64,000 bases of DNA from positions 8,517-72,516 of the IMG/VR virus record IMGVR_UViG_2690315628_000002. One strand, written 5' to 3'. Source of the DNA: a virus (Duplodnaviria > Caudoviricetes). The translations under genes and the position numbers were made by a program. The notes beneath the pieces were generated by a model, which worked only from the letters and a program-made list of their open reading frames with translations, did no database searches and was not told the origin of the DNA. Numbering within the stretch: position 1 is the first letter of the stretch; each line of letters opens with the position of its first letter. Below, piece by piece: positions 18,607-29,154 of this stretch.

Positions 18607-19908
18607 ATGGTAGTCTTCCTCCCTTTCGTGCCGAACTGGCGTAACGGAATCCGGGATACCTACGAATTCAAAACGGATGTGTTCACAGCCCGCGACGGCA
18701 GCGAACAACGACGCGCGCTTCGCATCCAACCACGGCGAGCGATTGAAGCAACAATCCTTCTCGATGGCGAAAGAATGCGAAACTTCGCGGACGCTGTTAA
18801 TCGTGCGCGGGACGGTAAAATACAGATCGCCGATTTTTCCGCCGAGCCGGCGCTTGTGACAGCAACGACGGGAGCTGGCGCCAATGTCCTGTCGATCGAG
18901 TCTACGCCGCCGTGGCTGGTTAACAGCGGGACTTACGTTCTGATGACGGGACGGACCGCAAGTAAGCTTGCGATCGATTTCGTCGACAACAATACGGTCA
19001 TTCTAGTCAACCCTCTGACTAAGGCAGTGGGTGCCGGCGCGTATCTGCTTCCATACTTGCCTGCACAGCTTGCAAACTCGAACACCCTGTCACTCTACAC
19101 CAACCAGGTTGCGACTGCTCCTGTGAAGTTCGATGTTGAGCCCGGCTCGATTGTCCGTATCGCTGACCAGTTGCCTTTCGACGAAAGTGCGGAAGGGGAC
19201 AGTGTTCAGTCTTTCGGACCTGCTGCAATTCTGTTCGGGCGCTATGTGCTTCTGCGCAAGCCGAACTTCTTGAACAGACCCCAGGTACAGTTCAACCTCA
19301 AATTTGAAACCGTCGACTATGATCGAGGCGTGGTCAAAACCTTCACGCCGGTTCCACTCGTGTCCAGGACGCTGACGGCAACATATCTGGCAATGAGCCG
19401 TCCAGAAGCAATGGCGATCCTCGATATCTTCGTGCGTTGCAAGGGCAGGGCGGGCGAGATTTATGTGCCGACGTGGGGAAGCGATCTCCCGCAGGCACTC
19501 AATGTTGCCGACAGGGTGATCCAGTTCGCCGGTACTGATTTCTACGAAACGTATAACGAAGATCGCGCACACGCTGCGGTGTTGATACGAACTCGCACTG
19601 GCCAACTGTTGCCCCGTGAAATCACGTTGATGGCGACGAGCGGCGGCAACACCTTCGTCGAGTTCCATGAGGATGTCGGTGTTGCTGCTTCGGAGATCGA
19701 GCAGATTTCGTGGATGTTTGTTTCTCGCTTCGCCCAAGACAGCCTCACGATAGAATGGGTGACGAATACCGTCGCCAACGTCAGCCTCTCTTTCGTGACT
19801 CTGGAGAACCTGGCCGCTGAAAGCTCGTATGGTAGCAACTGGGTGCTTGCCACCGGCTACTGGCGCGATCGCGGCCAATGGGTAGACACCGCCGTGTGGG
19901 AGGACTGA
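18607..19908 (+). CDS. Distal tail/tail-tip protein
   Basis: Follows TMP; PNWRNGIRDTYEFKTDV..GSEQRRALR. Confidence 0.7.
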   Translation: MVVFLPFVPNWRNGIRDTYEFKTDVFTARDGSEQRRALRIQPRRAIEATILLDGERMRNFADAVNRARDGKIQIADFSAEPALVTATTGAGANVLSIESTPPWLVNSGTYVLMTGRTASKLAIDFVDNNTVILVNPLTKAVGAGAYLLPYLPAQLANSNTLSLYTNQVATAPVKFDVEPGSIVRIADQLPFDESAEGDSVQSFGPAAILFGRYVLLRKPNFLNRPQVQFNLKFETVDYDRGVVKTFTPVPLVSRTLTATYLAMSRPEAMAILDIFVRCKGRAGEIYVPTWGSDLPQALNVADRVIQFAGTDFYETYNEDRAHAAVLIRTRTGQLLPREITLMATSGGNTFVEFHEDVGVAASEIEQISWMFVSRFAQDSLTIEWVTNTVANVSLSFVTLENLAAESSYGSNWVLATGYWRDRGQWVDTAVWED

Positions 19909-19909
19909 G

Positions 19910-22231
19910 ATGCCCATCGGTCCAGTCGAGCCCATCAAAAACGGAGAGTCCGGTGCCAGCGTCCGTGCGAAGCTGAACTTACTATTGCAAGGCGCGATCG
20001 ACGGGACTCTGGGTTCCGTGACGCCAGAAGATCTAGACGCCCTGATCGACACGGTCCCACCTGCTCGGCCGAAGGGTTTTACGCTGAACTCAACACTCGT
20101 TCCGTCGAACCTTCTGATCGGCACTTGGGAACCCTCTCTCGAGGGAGACTTTGCGTATTACGAAGTGCAATTGAAGCAAGGTCTCGGTAGCTGGATCGGT
20201 TACCAGACAAGCTCCACTCTGCATCAGGTTCCGATGATCCCGAACAGCGTCTACACCGGTCGTGTGTTCGCGGTCGACCGATCGGGCAACAAGTCGGAAC
20301 CAAGCGCCGAGTTCACGCACACCACCGTTGCCGACGACGTGCCGCCAGCGATGCCGGTAGGTCTCAGTGCAACGGGAGGCATCAATTCGACTTGGTTGAA
20401 GTGGGCGGCAAACAACGAAATCGACTTCGCGCGGTATGACCTCTTCGAAGCGTTGGAGGAGTTCCCCGCACCAACCGAGACCACGCTTCCGTCATACACC
20501 TCGCAGACGAATGCCTTCGTCGTCGGTGGCCAGGAACCGGAAGTCACTCGCTGGTATTGGGTCCGCGCAATCGACACTTCCGGCAACGTGTCGCCGTGGT
20601 CTGCGCCGGCTTCGGCAACGACGGCCAAAATTCGAAGCGAAATCAAAGCAACGCTGGAAGGGATTCTTTTCAAGCCCGGCAACGCGCCCAATGGCAACCG
20701 GTTGACTTGGACCGCGGGTCAAATCACCTATGGCGTAGACGGCAGCACGCCGACCAGCCAGAACATACCTTCCGGTGCCGTCACTTTCAGCGGCGCGACC
20801 GTCTACGTGTATTACATCCTCGGCGACAACAAGTTCTCGGTCACCACGTCGCTTGTTACGATGTATGCGCAGGATTCCGTCCTGATCGGCGTCTACCGAG
20901 GAGGTAACGACTATCAGGCCGTAGAAGGCAAGGCTTACATCGATGGCGGCACGATCCTCGCGCAGACGATCGGTGCGAACCAGCTTGTCGCAGATCAAGC
21001 AGTCATCACCGGTTCCGCTCAAATTGCTGAAGCAATTATCGAGAACGCCCACATTGTGGAACTGAGTGCCGCGAAACTGATGGCTGAGACGGCACTCGCG
21101 GGCTCCATAACAGTCGGCGGACATGCTTTGGGTGATGTGGCCGATTATGCCAACGACCCTGCCGGCCGCATCAATGAGGCTGTGACGCAGATTGATCCCG
21201 GTAAAATCCTGATCTCTGGCGGAACGTCCCTCGCAGACTGGCGGTCAGGCGGAGACACCACCAAGATCAACGGCGGTAACATTGCCACGAATTCCATCCG
21301 CGCAAACGTGCTTGAGATAGGTGCACGGGGCGTCGCGACTGCGGGTATTGCGTTCTCCGGAAATACACCAACTTCGAACCGCGTGAGTTGGACTGGCGGA
21401 ACGATCACCTACCTGAATGACGCAGGCTCCCCGGTCGAGGTTACAGTAACCGAAAACCCTATTGGGGCGATGTGGACTGACGCTACGATCTATATCTATT
21501 GGACGAAAGGGGCCACGTCTCTTTCATCGACGACGCTGGCGCCAACGGCTTTCTCGTCGAACAACATCGTCCTCGCGACTTACAAAGGCGGGTTAAATCT
21601 CACCACTGATTACGGCCGCACGATCATTGATGGTCAGGGTATCAAAACCGGGAGCATTGGCGCCGACCAGATTGCGGCGAATGCCATCCGCGCCCAACAT
21701 ATCGCCGCCGACAGCATAACGTCGGCAATGATTAGAGCCGGTGCAGTCACAGCGGACAAGATGAGCGTGACATCGCTTGCAGCGATCACCGCTGTTCTGG
21801 GTAACGTTGATATCGGTGACGCTAACATAAGTCGCCTGGTCGTAGGCACCTCCAACATCGCGCCGGGTGCGATCACGAGCGTGTCGTTCGCGGAGAGCGG
21901 CGGTGGACCAAACACAATCACGCTCGATGTTACAGCAAACCACGGCTTGGGGTCTCCCAAGGTGAAGGTCGAGTTCCGCGGTAACGTCAAGGCTGCGGCA
22001 GGTTCCACGTTGCAGACATATGCAGAACTCAGAGACCTCAACGCAAACGTCGTCATCGACAGTATACCTCTCGTAACCACGGGGAACTACGGCCAAACGA
22101 TACTCTGGTCAAAACTCTTCACACCGCCAGGGAACAGGGCCGCAACAACTTTCCGAGTCACGTTTGCCGGGGTCCCCAACTCCAATTGGTCCATGCTTGA
22201 GGCTACGACGTTCACATTCAAGCAATCGTAG
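19910..22231 (+). CDS. Tail fibre/receptor-binding protein with two FN3-like domains and beta-helix repeats
   Basis: VFAVDRSGNKS and VRAIDTSGNVS FN3 ends; IGADQIAANAI-type repeats. Confidence 0.75.
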   Translation: MPIGPVEPIKNGESGASVRAKLNLLLQGAIDGTLGSVTPEDLDALIDTVPPARPKGFTLNSTLVPSNLLIGTWEPSLEGDFAYYEVQLKQGLGSWIGYQTSSTLHQVPMIPNSVYTGRVFAVDRSGNKSEPSAEFTHTTVADDVPPAMPVGLSATGGINSTWLKWAANNEIDFARYDLFEALEEFPAPTETTLPSYTSQTNAFVVGGQEPEVTRWYWVRAIDTSGNVSPWSAPASATTAKIRSEIKATLEGILFKPGNAPNGNRLTWTAGQITYGVDGSTPTSQNIPSGAVTFSGATVYVYYILGDNKFSVTTSLVTMYAQDSVLIGVYRGGNDYQAVEGKAYIDGGTILAQTIGANQLVADQAVITGSAQIAEAIIENAHIVELSAAKLMAETALAGSITVGGHALGDVADYANDPAGRINEAVTQIDPGKILISGGTSLADWRSGGDTTKINGGNIATNSIRANVLEIGARGVATAGIAFSGNTPTSNRVSWTGGTITYLNDAGSPVEVTVTENPIGAMWTDATIYIYWTKGATSLSSTTLAPTAFSSNNIVLATYKGGLNLTTDYGRTIIDGQGIKTGSIGADQIAANAIRAQHIAADSITSAMIRAGAVTADKMSVTSLAAITAVLGNVDIGDANISRLVVGTSNIAPGAITSVSFAESGGGPNTITLDVTANHGLGSPKVKVEFRGNVKAAAGSTLQTYAELRDLNANVVIDSIPLVTTGNYGQTILWSKLFTPPGNRAATTFRVTFAGVPNSNWSMLEATTFTFKQS

Positions 22232-22258
22232 ACGGTGGCAATTTAAGGGAACAGAATC

Positions 22259-23152
22259 GTGTCGTTCGACCAATTTGAAAATAGCCGGTATAGCGGCACA
22301 CCTGTATCGCTCTATTTGATCCAAGGTGCAGAAAACAACGGTGAAAACGGAAAGATTGGACCGTTCGGGTTCAACAATGGCGAAACGACGATCACTAAAA
22401 AGATCGGCGTCGATGATCAGGGACAGGACATTCTTCTCCCGTTTTATCCTTGGCCAATCAAGAACAGCACCATCAGTCATGACGGATCGCTCGACAAATC
22501 CGATGTTACCGTAACCATGTCCCTCGGCACTGAGATCGACCAGCTCTTTCTCGCATATCCCCCGTCACAGGTTGTGAACCTCACAATCTTTGAAGGCCAC
22601 GTTGGCGCTCCCGTAACAGACGAGAATTATCCTGCCATTTGGTTAGGGCGGATACTTGGAAGCACCTACAGGAAAAACGAAATGGAATTGTCGTGCCAGC
22701 CCGTGTCAACCGCATTGCGACGACCAGGTCTGAGGCGAAATTACCAGATCGGGTGCCCTCACGTTCTTTACGGCTCTCAGTGCAGAGCGAATCGTGCCGC
22801 AGCGACCGTCGGTAAGTCCGTGGCCAGCGTCTCGAGAAACAGGATCACGACCGACTCGTGGTTGGGTGACAATTTCGCGCTCTATGTGGGCGGCCTGCTG
22901 GAGTGGAGCAATTCTGAAACCGGTGTCCGAGAGCTGCGCACAATCGCCTCGGTGGAGAATGTGGGCTTCACCAGTGTGATCGTCATTCGCGGCGTGGCCC
23001 GTGGATTGGCTGTCGGGACGCCGCTTTCTGTCATCAGGGGCTGCAATCGACAGATGAGCGGCTGTAACCAGCACGGCAACATCTTGAACTATGGCGGCCA
23101 ACCGTTCATCCCGCTTGAAAATCCCCTTTCCTCCAAGAACCAATTCTACTAG
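22259..23152 (+). CDS. Tail-tip protein (DUF2163/BR0599 family)
   Basis: YQIGCPHVLYGSQC..GCNRQMSGC..NYGGQPFIP. Confidence 0.85.
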   Translation: MSFDQFENSRYSGTPVSLYLIQGAENNGENGKIGPFGFNNGETTITKKIGVDDQGQDILLPFYPWPIKNSTISHDGSLDKSDVTVTMSLGTEIDQLFLAYPPSQVVNLTIFEGHVGAPVTDENYPAIWLGRILGSTYRKNEMELSCQPVSTALRRPGLRRNYQIGCPHVLYGSQCRANRAAATVGKSVASVSRNRITTDSWLGDNFALYVGGLLEWSNSETGVRELRTIASVENVGFTSVIVIRGVARGLAVGTPLSVIRGCNRQMSGCNQHGNILNYGGQPFIPLENPLSSKNQFY

Positions 23153-23190
23153 AATTACTCACTAAACGTGAAATCCACGAAAAGTGAGCC

Positions 23191-23427
23191 ATGCCCTTTC
23201 CGTTCCTTGCATTGTTCGTTCAGCTTCTGGTCGGCATAGGATCGATGGTGATCGGCTACCTCATGATGCCGAAAGCCTCGACATCTCAGCCCGAGGAAGT
23301 GACGGACATGGACGAGCCGACGGCTGAGAGCCGGCCTATACCTGTCGTCTTTGGCGAACTCGATGTTGCGCCCAATATCCTCTGGTTCGGCGACAAGGCA
23401 ACGACCAGCAGAAAGGTTTCTGCGTGA
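23191..23427 (+). CDS. Small tail-tip protein
   Basis: Hydrophobic N-terminus then PTAESRPIPVVFGE..PNILWFGD. Confidence 0.7.
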   Translation: MPFPFLALFVQLLVGIGSMVIGYLMMPKASTSQPEEVTDMDEPTAESRPIPVVFGELDVAPNILWFGDKATTSRKVSA

Positions 23428-23627
23428 GCGAGGTCGATCCCATCGTTACGATCAGCGACATCCGTCCGTTCTTCTGCGTGAAGGGCGTGCGCAAAGCGTT
23501 TGCGGCTGGCGGTGGCGACTTCGACCACTTCCTCAGACACGGTATGCCAGCCTCAGAATTGAGGGGCAAAGGCTTTGACGCTCAGCTGGATCGCGTTCTC
23601 GATGCTATCCGCTCGAGGGCCTCCTAA
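23424..23627 (+). CDS. Small tail assembly protein
   Basis: VTISDIR..CVKGVRKAF..DFDHFLRHG; coupled to both neighbours. Confidence 0.7.
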   Translation: MSEVDPIVTISDIRPFFCVKGVRKAFAAGGGDFDHFLRHGMPASELRGKGFDAQLDRVLDAIRSRAS

Positions 23628-25993
23628 TGGGAATGGGCGGCAAGGGCGAAGGCAAAGTCGAAATCTTCGAGTACACGATGGGTCTCCATATGGGCATTTG
23701 CGCCTATGGAGACGGCGTGAAGCTGATTGCCGCGAAGTACAACGAAAAGGAAATCTGGCGCGGGGAATTGGTCGACGAGACGACCGTCGCAATCAACAAG
23801 CCAGATCTGTTCGGCGATGTGAAAAAGGAGGGCGGAGTCAAAGGCCTTCTGTGGTGGTTGCCTGGGAAAGCAACGCAAGTCATGCCGGCATCACTGGCAG
23901 CCCGCCTTGGTTTAACGAGCGCAACGTGCCCCGGCTTTCGTGGCTTCACCAGTGTGTTCCTGACAGGCGTGGCAGACGTTTGGGAAGGGGCATATCAAGG
24001 GCTCGTGAACGCGCTGAACAATCAGCCGTCGGCTTTCAAGCGCGGCTTTTATCTCGCTGCAAACAATCCATATCTGCGCGCCTTTTCGTTCCGTATTCGC
24101 CGGGCTCCGATCGGTCTCAATCCTGCTCTTGCGCTTATTCAGGTCGACAGCGATTCCTACGGTCGACCGCAGTACGGCGCAAACCCCGCGCACATCATCT
24201 ACGAATGCCTCACCAACCAGGATTGGGGAATGGGAGAGTCGCCGGGCGTCATCGACAAGGACTCCTTTGAGGCTGCCGCACAACTGTTCTACAACGAACG
24301 ACTTGGAATGAGCCTTGTCTGGACCCGCCAGAGCGAAATCCAGAAGTTCATCGGCGAGGTCTGCAATCATGTTCAGGCCGCTGTCTTCGTGAAGCCGTCG
24401 ACTGGAAAGCACACGATCAAGGCTCTCCGAGGCGACTATGATGTCGATCTCCTTCCGGTCATTGATGCGAGCAATGCAGTCCTTGCCAATTTCGCGCGCA
24501 AGGCGTGGGGCGAACTCGCGAATGAAATCGTGGTCACGATGACCAATGCCGAAACCGGTAAGAGTGAAACGATCACCGTTCAGGACTTGGCAGGCATTGC
24601 CGCAGAGGGTGGCATCGTCAGCTCGTCGAGAAACTATTATGGTTTCACTTCGAAATCTGCGGCACAGTATGTGGCCGAGCGCGATCTGGCCGCGTCCGTA
24701 AATCCCATCGCAACATGTCAGGCGCAGGTGACGCGGCAGTTTTGGGATACTGTCAGCAGCGACGTGGTCGTGCTGTCGTGGCCTGAATACGACATTGAGC
24801 GCATAGTATTTCGTGTCTCCGAGGCTCAGAGAGATTCCAACACGGTGACGCTGGATCTCTACGAAGACATCTTCGGGCTCGATCTTGCGAGCTACCTCGA
24901 GTCTGATGACACGGCGTGGGTCAATCCATCACAACCGCCGACGCCAGCTTCATATTACCAGATTGGCACAGCACCTGCTTTCATGGCTGCAGCTGCCCTG
25001 AAGCTCAATGATCCGTCCGAACTCGAATACCCGGAAGCGCTGGCAGCCGTGACGGTTGGTGCCGACAGCGACGATGATGTGAACTACGATCTCGTGACCT
25101 ATGTCACGGACGTGAACGGGACCACCAAACGTTCATCGATCGGCACGCGCCCGTTCTTCGGCACCTTTGCACTAACCACGCCACTCGTGGCCGAGTCGCA
25201 AAGCCAGTTGACAACGCTACCAGGTCTTCGCGGTGGGGTTCCGTCGGCTGGCGATTTCATTCTCATAGGAACAGGAAATGACGAGTATACGGAAATCTGC
25301 ACAGTGCAGACAGCGGACGCGCTCGGCTATCTGTTGAACCGCGGGATGCTCGACACGGTGCCAAAAGCATGGCCTGTCGGGACGCGTTGTTTCATCATTC
25401 CAGCGGACTCAGTCATGGTTGACCCCACGGTGCGATCCGTTTTCGAAAGCACTTCCTACTGGCTGCTGACCAGGACAACAGCCGGCGCGCTGCCTCTAGC
25501 GAACGCACCACAGCTCAACATCTCAATCAGCCCACGTCCGTATCGGCCCAACCGACCTGCCAACGTGAAGATCAATGGCGTCAGTTTCGGTGCAGTCGAC
25601 GCGCGTTCTGCGTCCGAACTGTCTGTAAGCTGGTCGAACCGCAACCGCATCCTCGAGTCGACGCAGGCTCTGAAATGGAATGAGGCTGATGTTGGCGGCG
25701 AAGACGGTCAGACGACGCGCATCGATGTTCGCACGACGACCGGGACATTGATCACCAGTTATTCCGGTCTGACCGGGAACACGTTCACCATTCCGCTGAG
25801 TGACCTTGGTACGAACGTCAACTCGACGGTCACCGTATCGGCCGAACGGGAGGGTTATCGCTCCCTGCAGGCACACTCGCTGGCGGTCCAAATCACACCT
25901 CGCGACGCGATCAGATTGTCCGGTGACGAGAGCGGGTATCTCCGCCTGTCGGGCGACCAAAGCGGCCGCATTCTACTCTCAGGAGACGCCTGA
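23627..25993 (+). CDS. Central tail hub/tip protein
   Basis: ANPAHIIYECLTNQDWGMG, FEAAAQLFYNERLGMS, RPYRPNRPANVKING. Confidence 0.85.
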   Translation: MGMGGKGEGKVEIFEYTMGLHMGICAYGDGVKLIAAKYNEKEIWRGELVDETTVAINKPDLFGDVKKEGGVKGLLWWLPGKATQVMPASLAARLGLTSATCPGFRGFTSVFLTGVADVWEGAYQGLVNALNNQPSAFKRGFYLAANNPYLRAFSFRIRRAPIGLNPALALIQVDSDSYGRPQYGANPAHIIYECLTNQDWGMGESPGVIDKDSFEAAAQLFYNERLGMSLVWTRQSEIQKFIGEVCNHVQAAVFVKPSTGKHTIKALRGDYDVDLLPVIDASNAVLANFARKAWGELANEIVVTMTNAETGKSETITVQDLAGIAAEGGIVSSSRNYYGFTSKSAAQYVAERDLAASVNPIATCQAQVTRQFWDTVSSDVVVLSWPEYDIERIVFRVSEAQRDSNTVTLDLYEDIFGLDLASYLESDDTAWVNPSQPPTPASYYQIGTAPAFMAAAALKLNDPSELEYPEALAAVTVGADSDDDVNYDLVTYVTDVNGTTKRSSIGTRPFFGTFALTTPLVAESQSQLTTLPGLRGGVPSAGDFILIGTGNDEYTEICTVQTADALGYLLNRGMLDTVPKAWPVGTRCFIIPADSVMVDPTVRSVFESTSYWLLTRTTAGALPLANAPQLNISISPRPYRPNRPANVKINGVSFGAVDARSASELSVSWSNRNRILESTQALKWNEADVGGEDGQTTRIDVRTTTGTLITSYSGLTGNTFTIPLSDLGTNVNSTVTVSAEREGYRSLQAHSLAVQITPRDAIRLSGDESGYLRLSGDQSGRILLSGDA

Positions 25994-27108
25994 TGGCCGA
26001 CAAAGAACTTGGAGCCTTATCACCGATCGAAACTCTGCTCGCGGCGGCGCTGTTTCATACCGTCCAAGGTGGCAATAGCCGGAAGGTGACAGCGCAGCAG
26101 ATTGCTGACTTTGTCAACGGGAACTATCCGGCGTTCATTCAGGCACTTCTGTCGGCGCAGGATGCTGATGATGTCTATGCGGCTATCGGTGCGGCGCCCG
26201 ACGCAGATAAACTTGGTGGTCAGTTGCCGTCTTTCTTCGCCTCAGCGGAGGCAGTTGATGATGCACTTGCGGATAAGGTGCCCACTTCGCGCACGATCGC
26301 AGGCCATGCGCTGACCGCGGACGTTACGCTCGCAAAAGCGGACGTTGGACTGGGGAATGTCGACAATACGTCGGATGCCAACAAGCCGGTCAGTACAGCA
26401 CAGCAGGCTGCTCTCGACCTCAAGGTGGCCGGGCCAACGACATCGGTTGCCGGAGGCTTGGTACAGTTCACAGATGCAACCGGTGACAACATCGGTCCCG
26501 CAACAATCGGATCGCCAGCTATACTTGGCCGAGCTTCTGCGGGGGTGGGAGATGTCGAGCGGTTGACGCAAGCGCAGGCACGTCAGGTTCTCGGCGGCTG
26601 GGAATACATCAACAGGTTTGATCTTGCTGGCATCTCTCAATTGGACATAACGGGGCTAGGGGCTTTTCTTAGTATACGGCTAAGTATGTGCGCAATTTTC
26701 AATGGTCAATCTTCGGCTGGATTGCGGTTCTCGGTCGACAACGGCACGACTTACGGTGCCGATACAGATGAATTTAGGTTCACAACCCTTGATGGATCGT
26801 TTACGTACTCGACCAATACTTCGGTGGCCGCGGCCAGTGATGCTAGTTCTTTTTGGGCGCCGATTATGGACCACGGCGGGGATTCGGGCTGGCCTACGGT
26901 TTCGGAGTCAGTGATACACAATTTCAACGTTGCTAGGAATGCTGCAATAATCACTAGCAGCCGAGTAGCAACGGCTAACTCTAGAGTTTCAAGAGTAATA
27001 GCGAATGCACACAAGAGAGGAAACGCGCAGAACGCAATAAGGCTACTGCTTAATCAGGTCACGACAATTCAGAGTGGTTACATTATAGCAGAGGGTGTAA
27101 GGTCATGA
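25993..27108 (+). CDS. Side tail fibre
   Basis: KADVGLGNVDNTSDANKPVSTAQQAAL fibre motif. Confidence 0.8.
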   Translation: MADKELGALSPIETLLAAALFHTVQGGNSRKVTAQQIADFVNGNYPAFIQALLSAQDADDVYAAIGAAPDADKLGGQLPSFFASAEAVDDALADKVPTSRTIAGHALTADVTLAKADVGLGNVDNTSDANKPVSTAQQAALDLKVAGPTTSVAGGLVQFTDATGDNIGPATIGSPAILGRASAGVGDVERLTQAQARQVLGGWEYINRFDLAGISQLDITGLGAFLSIRLSMCAIFNGQSSAGLRFSVDNGTTYGADTDEFRFTTLDGSFTYSTNTSVAAASDASSFWAPIMDHGGDSGWPTVSESVIHNFNVARNAAIITSSRVATANSRVSRVIANAHKRGNAQNAIRLLLNQVTTIQSGYIIAEGVRS

Positions 27109-27479
27109 AAATAGCAACTTTTAATTTTGAAACAGGTGTAGCGACCGAACGCTCCATGACCGTAGACGAAATTGCACAAATTGGGGTGCATCCTGAGCCT
27201 CCGATCCCCACCGTCATCGACTACGAAAACGCCATCCAGAACCTTGTCGACAGCACGGCGCGCGAGAAGCAATTCCGCGATGGCGTCACGCTCGCATCCT
27301 ACACGGCATCGACAAAGCCCAACTGGGCAGCAGAGGCTCAAGCCTTTGTCGCATGGCGCGATAATGTCTGGTTCTACGCTTATGGCGAATTGGCCAAGGT
27401 GCAGGCCGGGCAACGCCAGCAGCCCTCAGTCGAAGAGTTTCTTGCAGAGATCACTCCGATCGAATGGCCTCAAGCGTAA
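27105..27479 (+). CDS. Tail fibre assembly-type protein
   Basis: Follows fibre; WAAEAQAFVAWRDNVW..FLAEITPIEWP. Confidence 0.7.
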   Translation: MKIATFNFETGVATERSMTVDEIAQIGVHPEPPIPTVIDYENAIQNLVDSTAREKQFRDGVTLASYTASTKPNWAAEAQAFVAWRDNVWFYAYGELAKVQAGQRQQPSVEEFLAEITPIEWPQA

Positions 27480-27490
27480 AGGACACCCCA

Positions 27491-27697
27491 ATGACATCCT
27501 ACGTTGACTCACTGAAACGACAGAACGCTTTCCTCCAATCGGAAATCGAGCGGCATGCGAACGCGGTTGACGCTCTCGCGTCCGAACTCGACCTGAGGAC
27601 CCGTCAATGCGACGATCTACAAAAGCAACTTGAGGAATCGCAGAACGATCAAGCAGAGCTTCCTTTTGATGCTCAAAATTCCTCACAAAAGTTGTAA
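27491..27697 (+). CDS. Small coiled-coil hypothetical protein
   Basis: AAGGA SD; heptad-like pattern. Confidence 0.5.
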   Translation: MTSYVDSLKRQNAFLQSEIERHANAVDALASELDLRTRQCDDLQKQLEESQNDQAELPFDAQNSSQKL

Positions 27698-27754
27698 TTT
27701 GCGCTAACGTTGTGTATTTCTGATCGGGTCCGCATCGTTCCCGAGGATTAATTC

Positions 27755-28750
27755 ATGACAGCAGTGTCCGTCTCGCAGGTCCGCGCCGCCGCAAAGGGGC
27801 GCGTCGACGAAAGCAACCTGAATTCTGTCATGATGGCGCTGTCGAAATATGGTGCCGGTGCCGGTTTGAACCTGCCGCATCGCGCCGTTCCGTACCTGTC
27901 ACAACTGATGCATGAGAGCGGATCGTTCCGGTATGACCGCGAAATTTGGGGTCCGACACCTGCGCAAGAGCGCTACGACACCCGCACGGATCTCGGTAAC
28001 ACCCCCGAGAAAGACGGCGACGGCTACAAGAACCGTGGTCGCGGCCCCATCCAGGTTACCGGCGCTCACAACATCCGTGCCTTCTACCAGTGGTGCGTGC
28101 GGAAAGGGCTCAATCCTCCGGACTTCGTTAAAAACCCCGATCTCATCAACACCGACCCATGGGAAGGCCTCTCGGCGATCTGGTACTGGGATGAGGGCAA
28201 CCCTGATGGCAAGAGCCTCAACCGTTACGCAGATCGCAACGACCCCGAAATGCTCACCCGTCGCATCAACGGTGGCCTTAACGGCTATGCGGATCGCCTG
28301 GATTATTACACCCGACTCGGTCTTGCCGTGCTTGGTTTCAGCGTCACTGACATCATCGGCCTGCAGAACGCAGGGCAGAAAACGGGATACTACAAAGGTA
28401 AGCTCGACGGTCTGGATGGTCCGCAGACGCGTGCTGCCATCCACCTCATGCTCGTCGACCTGTCACCCAAGTCGCAGGTCATCGAGGTTAAAGCTGCGCC
28501 CGTTACCGAAGAAAAGCCGGTGCCGGTTACTCCGCCGAGCCTAGACGCTCCGTGGTGGAAATCGAAGGAAGTCATCGTGCCCGCAGTTACAGGTGGCGGA
28601 CTTTCCTCCGGGCTGGCTGCCGTCGGCTCGATGCCGTGGCAAAACCTCGCATTGATCCTCGTTGCATTCGGCCTCGCTGGCGCATTCCTGCTCTGGCGGA
28701 AGAAGTCCGATGCGAAGGCCGTCTCCGACCAGGTGCAGGGGATGGCGTGA
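27755..28750 (+). CDS. GH19 endolysin with PG-binding segment and C-terminal hydrophobic helices
   Basis: QLMHESG, GRGPIQVTG, TRRINGGLNG; LDGLDGPQTRAA; hydrophobic C-terminus ending LLWRKK. Confidence 0.9.
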   Translation: MTAVSVSQVRAAAKGRVDESNLNSVMMALSKYGAGAGLNLPHRAVPYLSQLMHESGSFRYDREIWGPTPAQERYDTRTDLGNTPEKDGDGYKNRGRGPIQVTGAHNIRAFYQWCVRKGLNPPDFVKNPDLINTDPWEGLSAIWYWDEGNPDGKSLNRYADRNDPEMLTRRINGGLNGYADRLDYYTRLGLAVLGFSVTDIIGLQNAGQKTGYYKGKLDGLDGPQTRAAIHLMLVDLSPKSQVIEVKAAPVTEEKPVPVTPPSLDAPWWKSKEVIVPAVTGGGLSSGLAAVGSMPWQNLALILVAFGLAGAFLLWRKKSDAKAVSDQVQGMA

Positions 28751-29010
28751 TGATGTTCAGTTTCACCGACTATCTCAAACTCGGTATCGGCGCGATCGCT
28801 GGTGCAGCACTGATGGCTGTGCCGGCGTGCTCCTACGGCGTCCATCAAGAACGCGAAAGCGCGAAGGTCGAGGCCGCGAAAGAAGCGCTCGGCCGCATCA
28901 CCAAAATGGAGGAAAACGATGCTTCGTTCCGCAAGCTTCCGTCTCACGAGCGTTGCCTTGCTATCGTGCGTGATAGCGGGCTGCCAGACAGCACCTGCGA
29001 TGAACGGTAG
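28750..29010 (+). CDS. i-spanin (Rz-like)
   Basis: N-terminal TM then helical periplasmic region; overlaps a lipoprotein ORF. Confidence 0.65.
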   Translation: MMFSFTDYLKLGIGAIAGAALMAVPACSYGVHQERESAKVEAAKEALGRITKMEENDASFRKLPSHERCLAIVRDSGLPDSTCDER

Positions 29011-29137
29011 CGGGTATCAGGTCACCCGGTTCTCTGATCCGGAGGCCGCACGGCTTGCTTCACAGGATCCGACAGCCGGTCCTGCGATCTATTCCAACAA
29101 TCGCCAGTGCAGCCGCGACGCTGCCTGCCGCAAGTAA
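28919..29137 (+). CDS. o-spanin lipoprotein (Rz1-like)
   Basis: Signal peptide with lipobox VIAG-C in the +1 frame overlapping the i-spanin. Confidence 0.7.
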   Translation: MLRSASFRLTSVALLSCVIAGCQTAPAMNGSGYQVTRFSDPEAARLASQDPTAGPAIYSNNRQCSRDAACRK

Positions 29138-29154
29138 GGGCAGGAAACCGTGAC

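Noticed and set aside
19910-27108. Diversity-generating retroelement or invertible fibre cassette
   Set aside because: No reverse transcriptase, invertase or template/variable repeat pair was seen.
27645-27668. Beta-clamp-like motif QAELPF in ORF 27491
   Set aside because: A single degenerate match in a late-region small protein.
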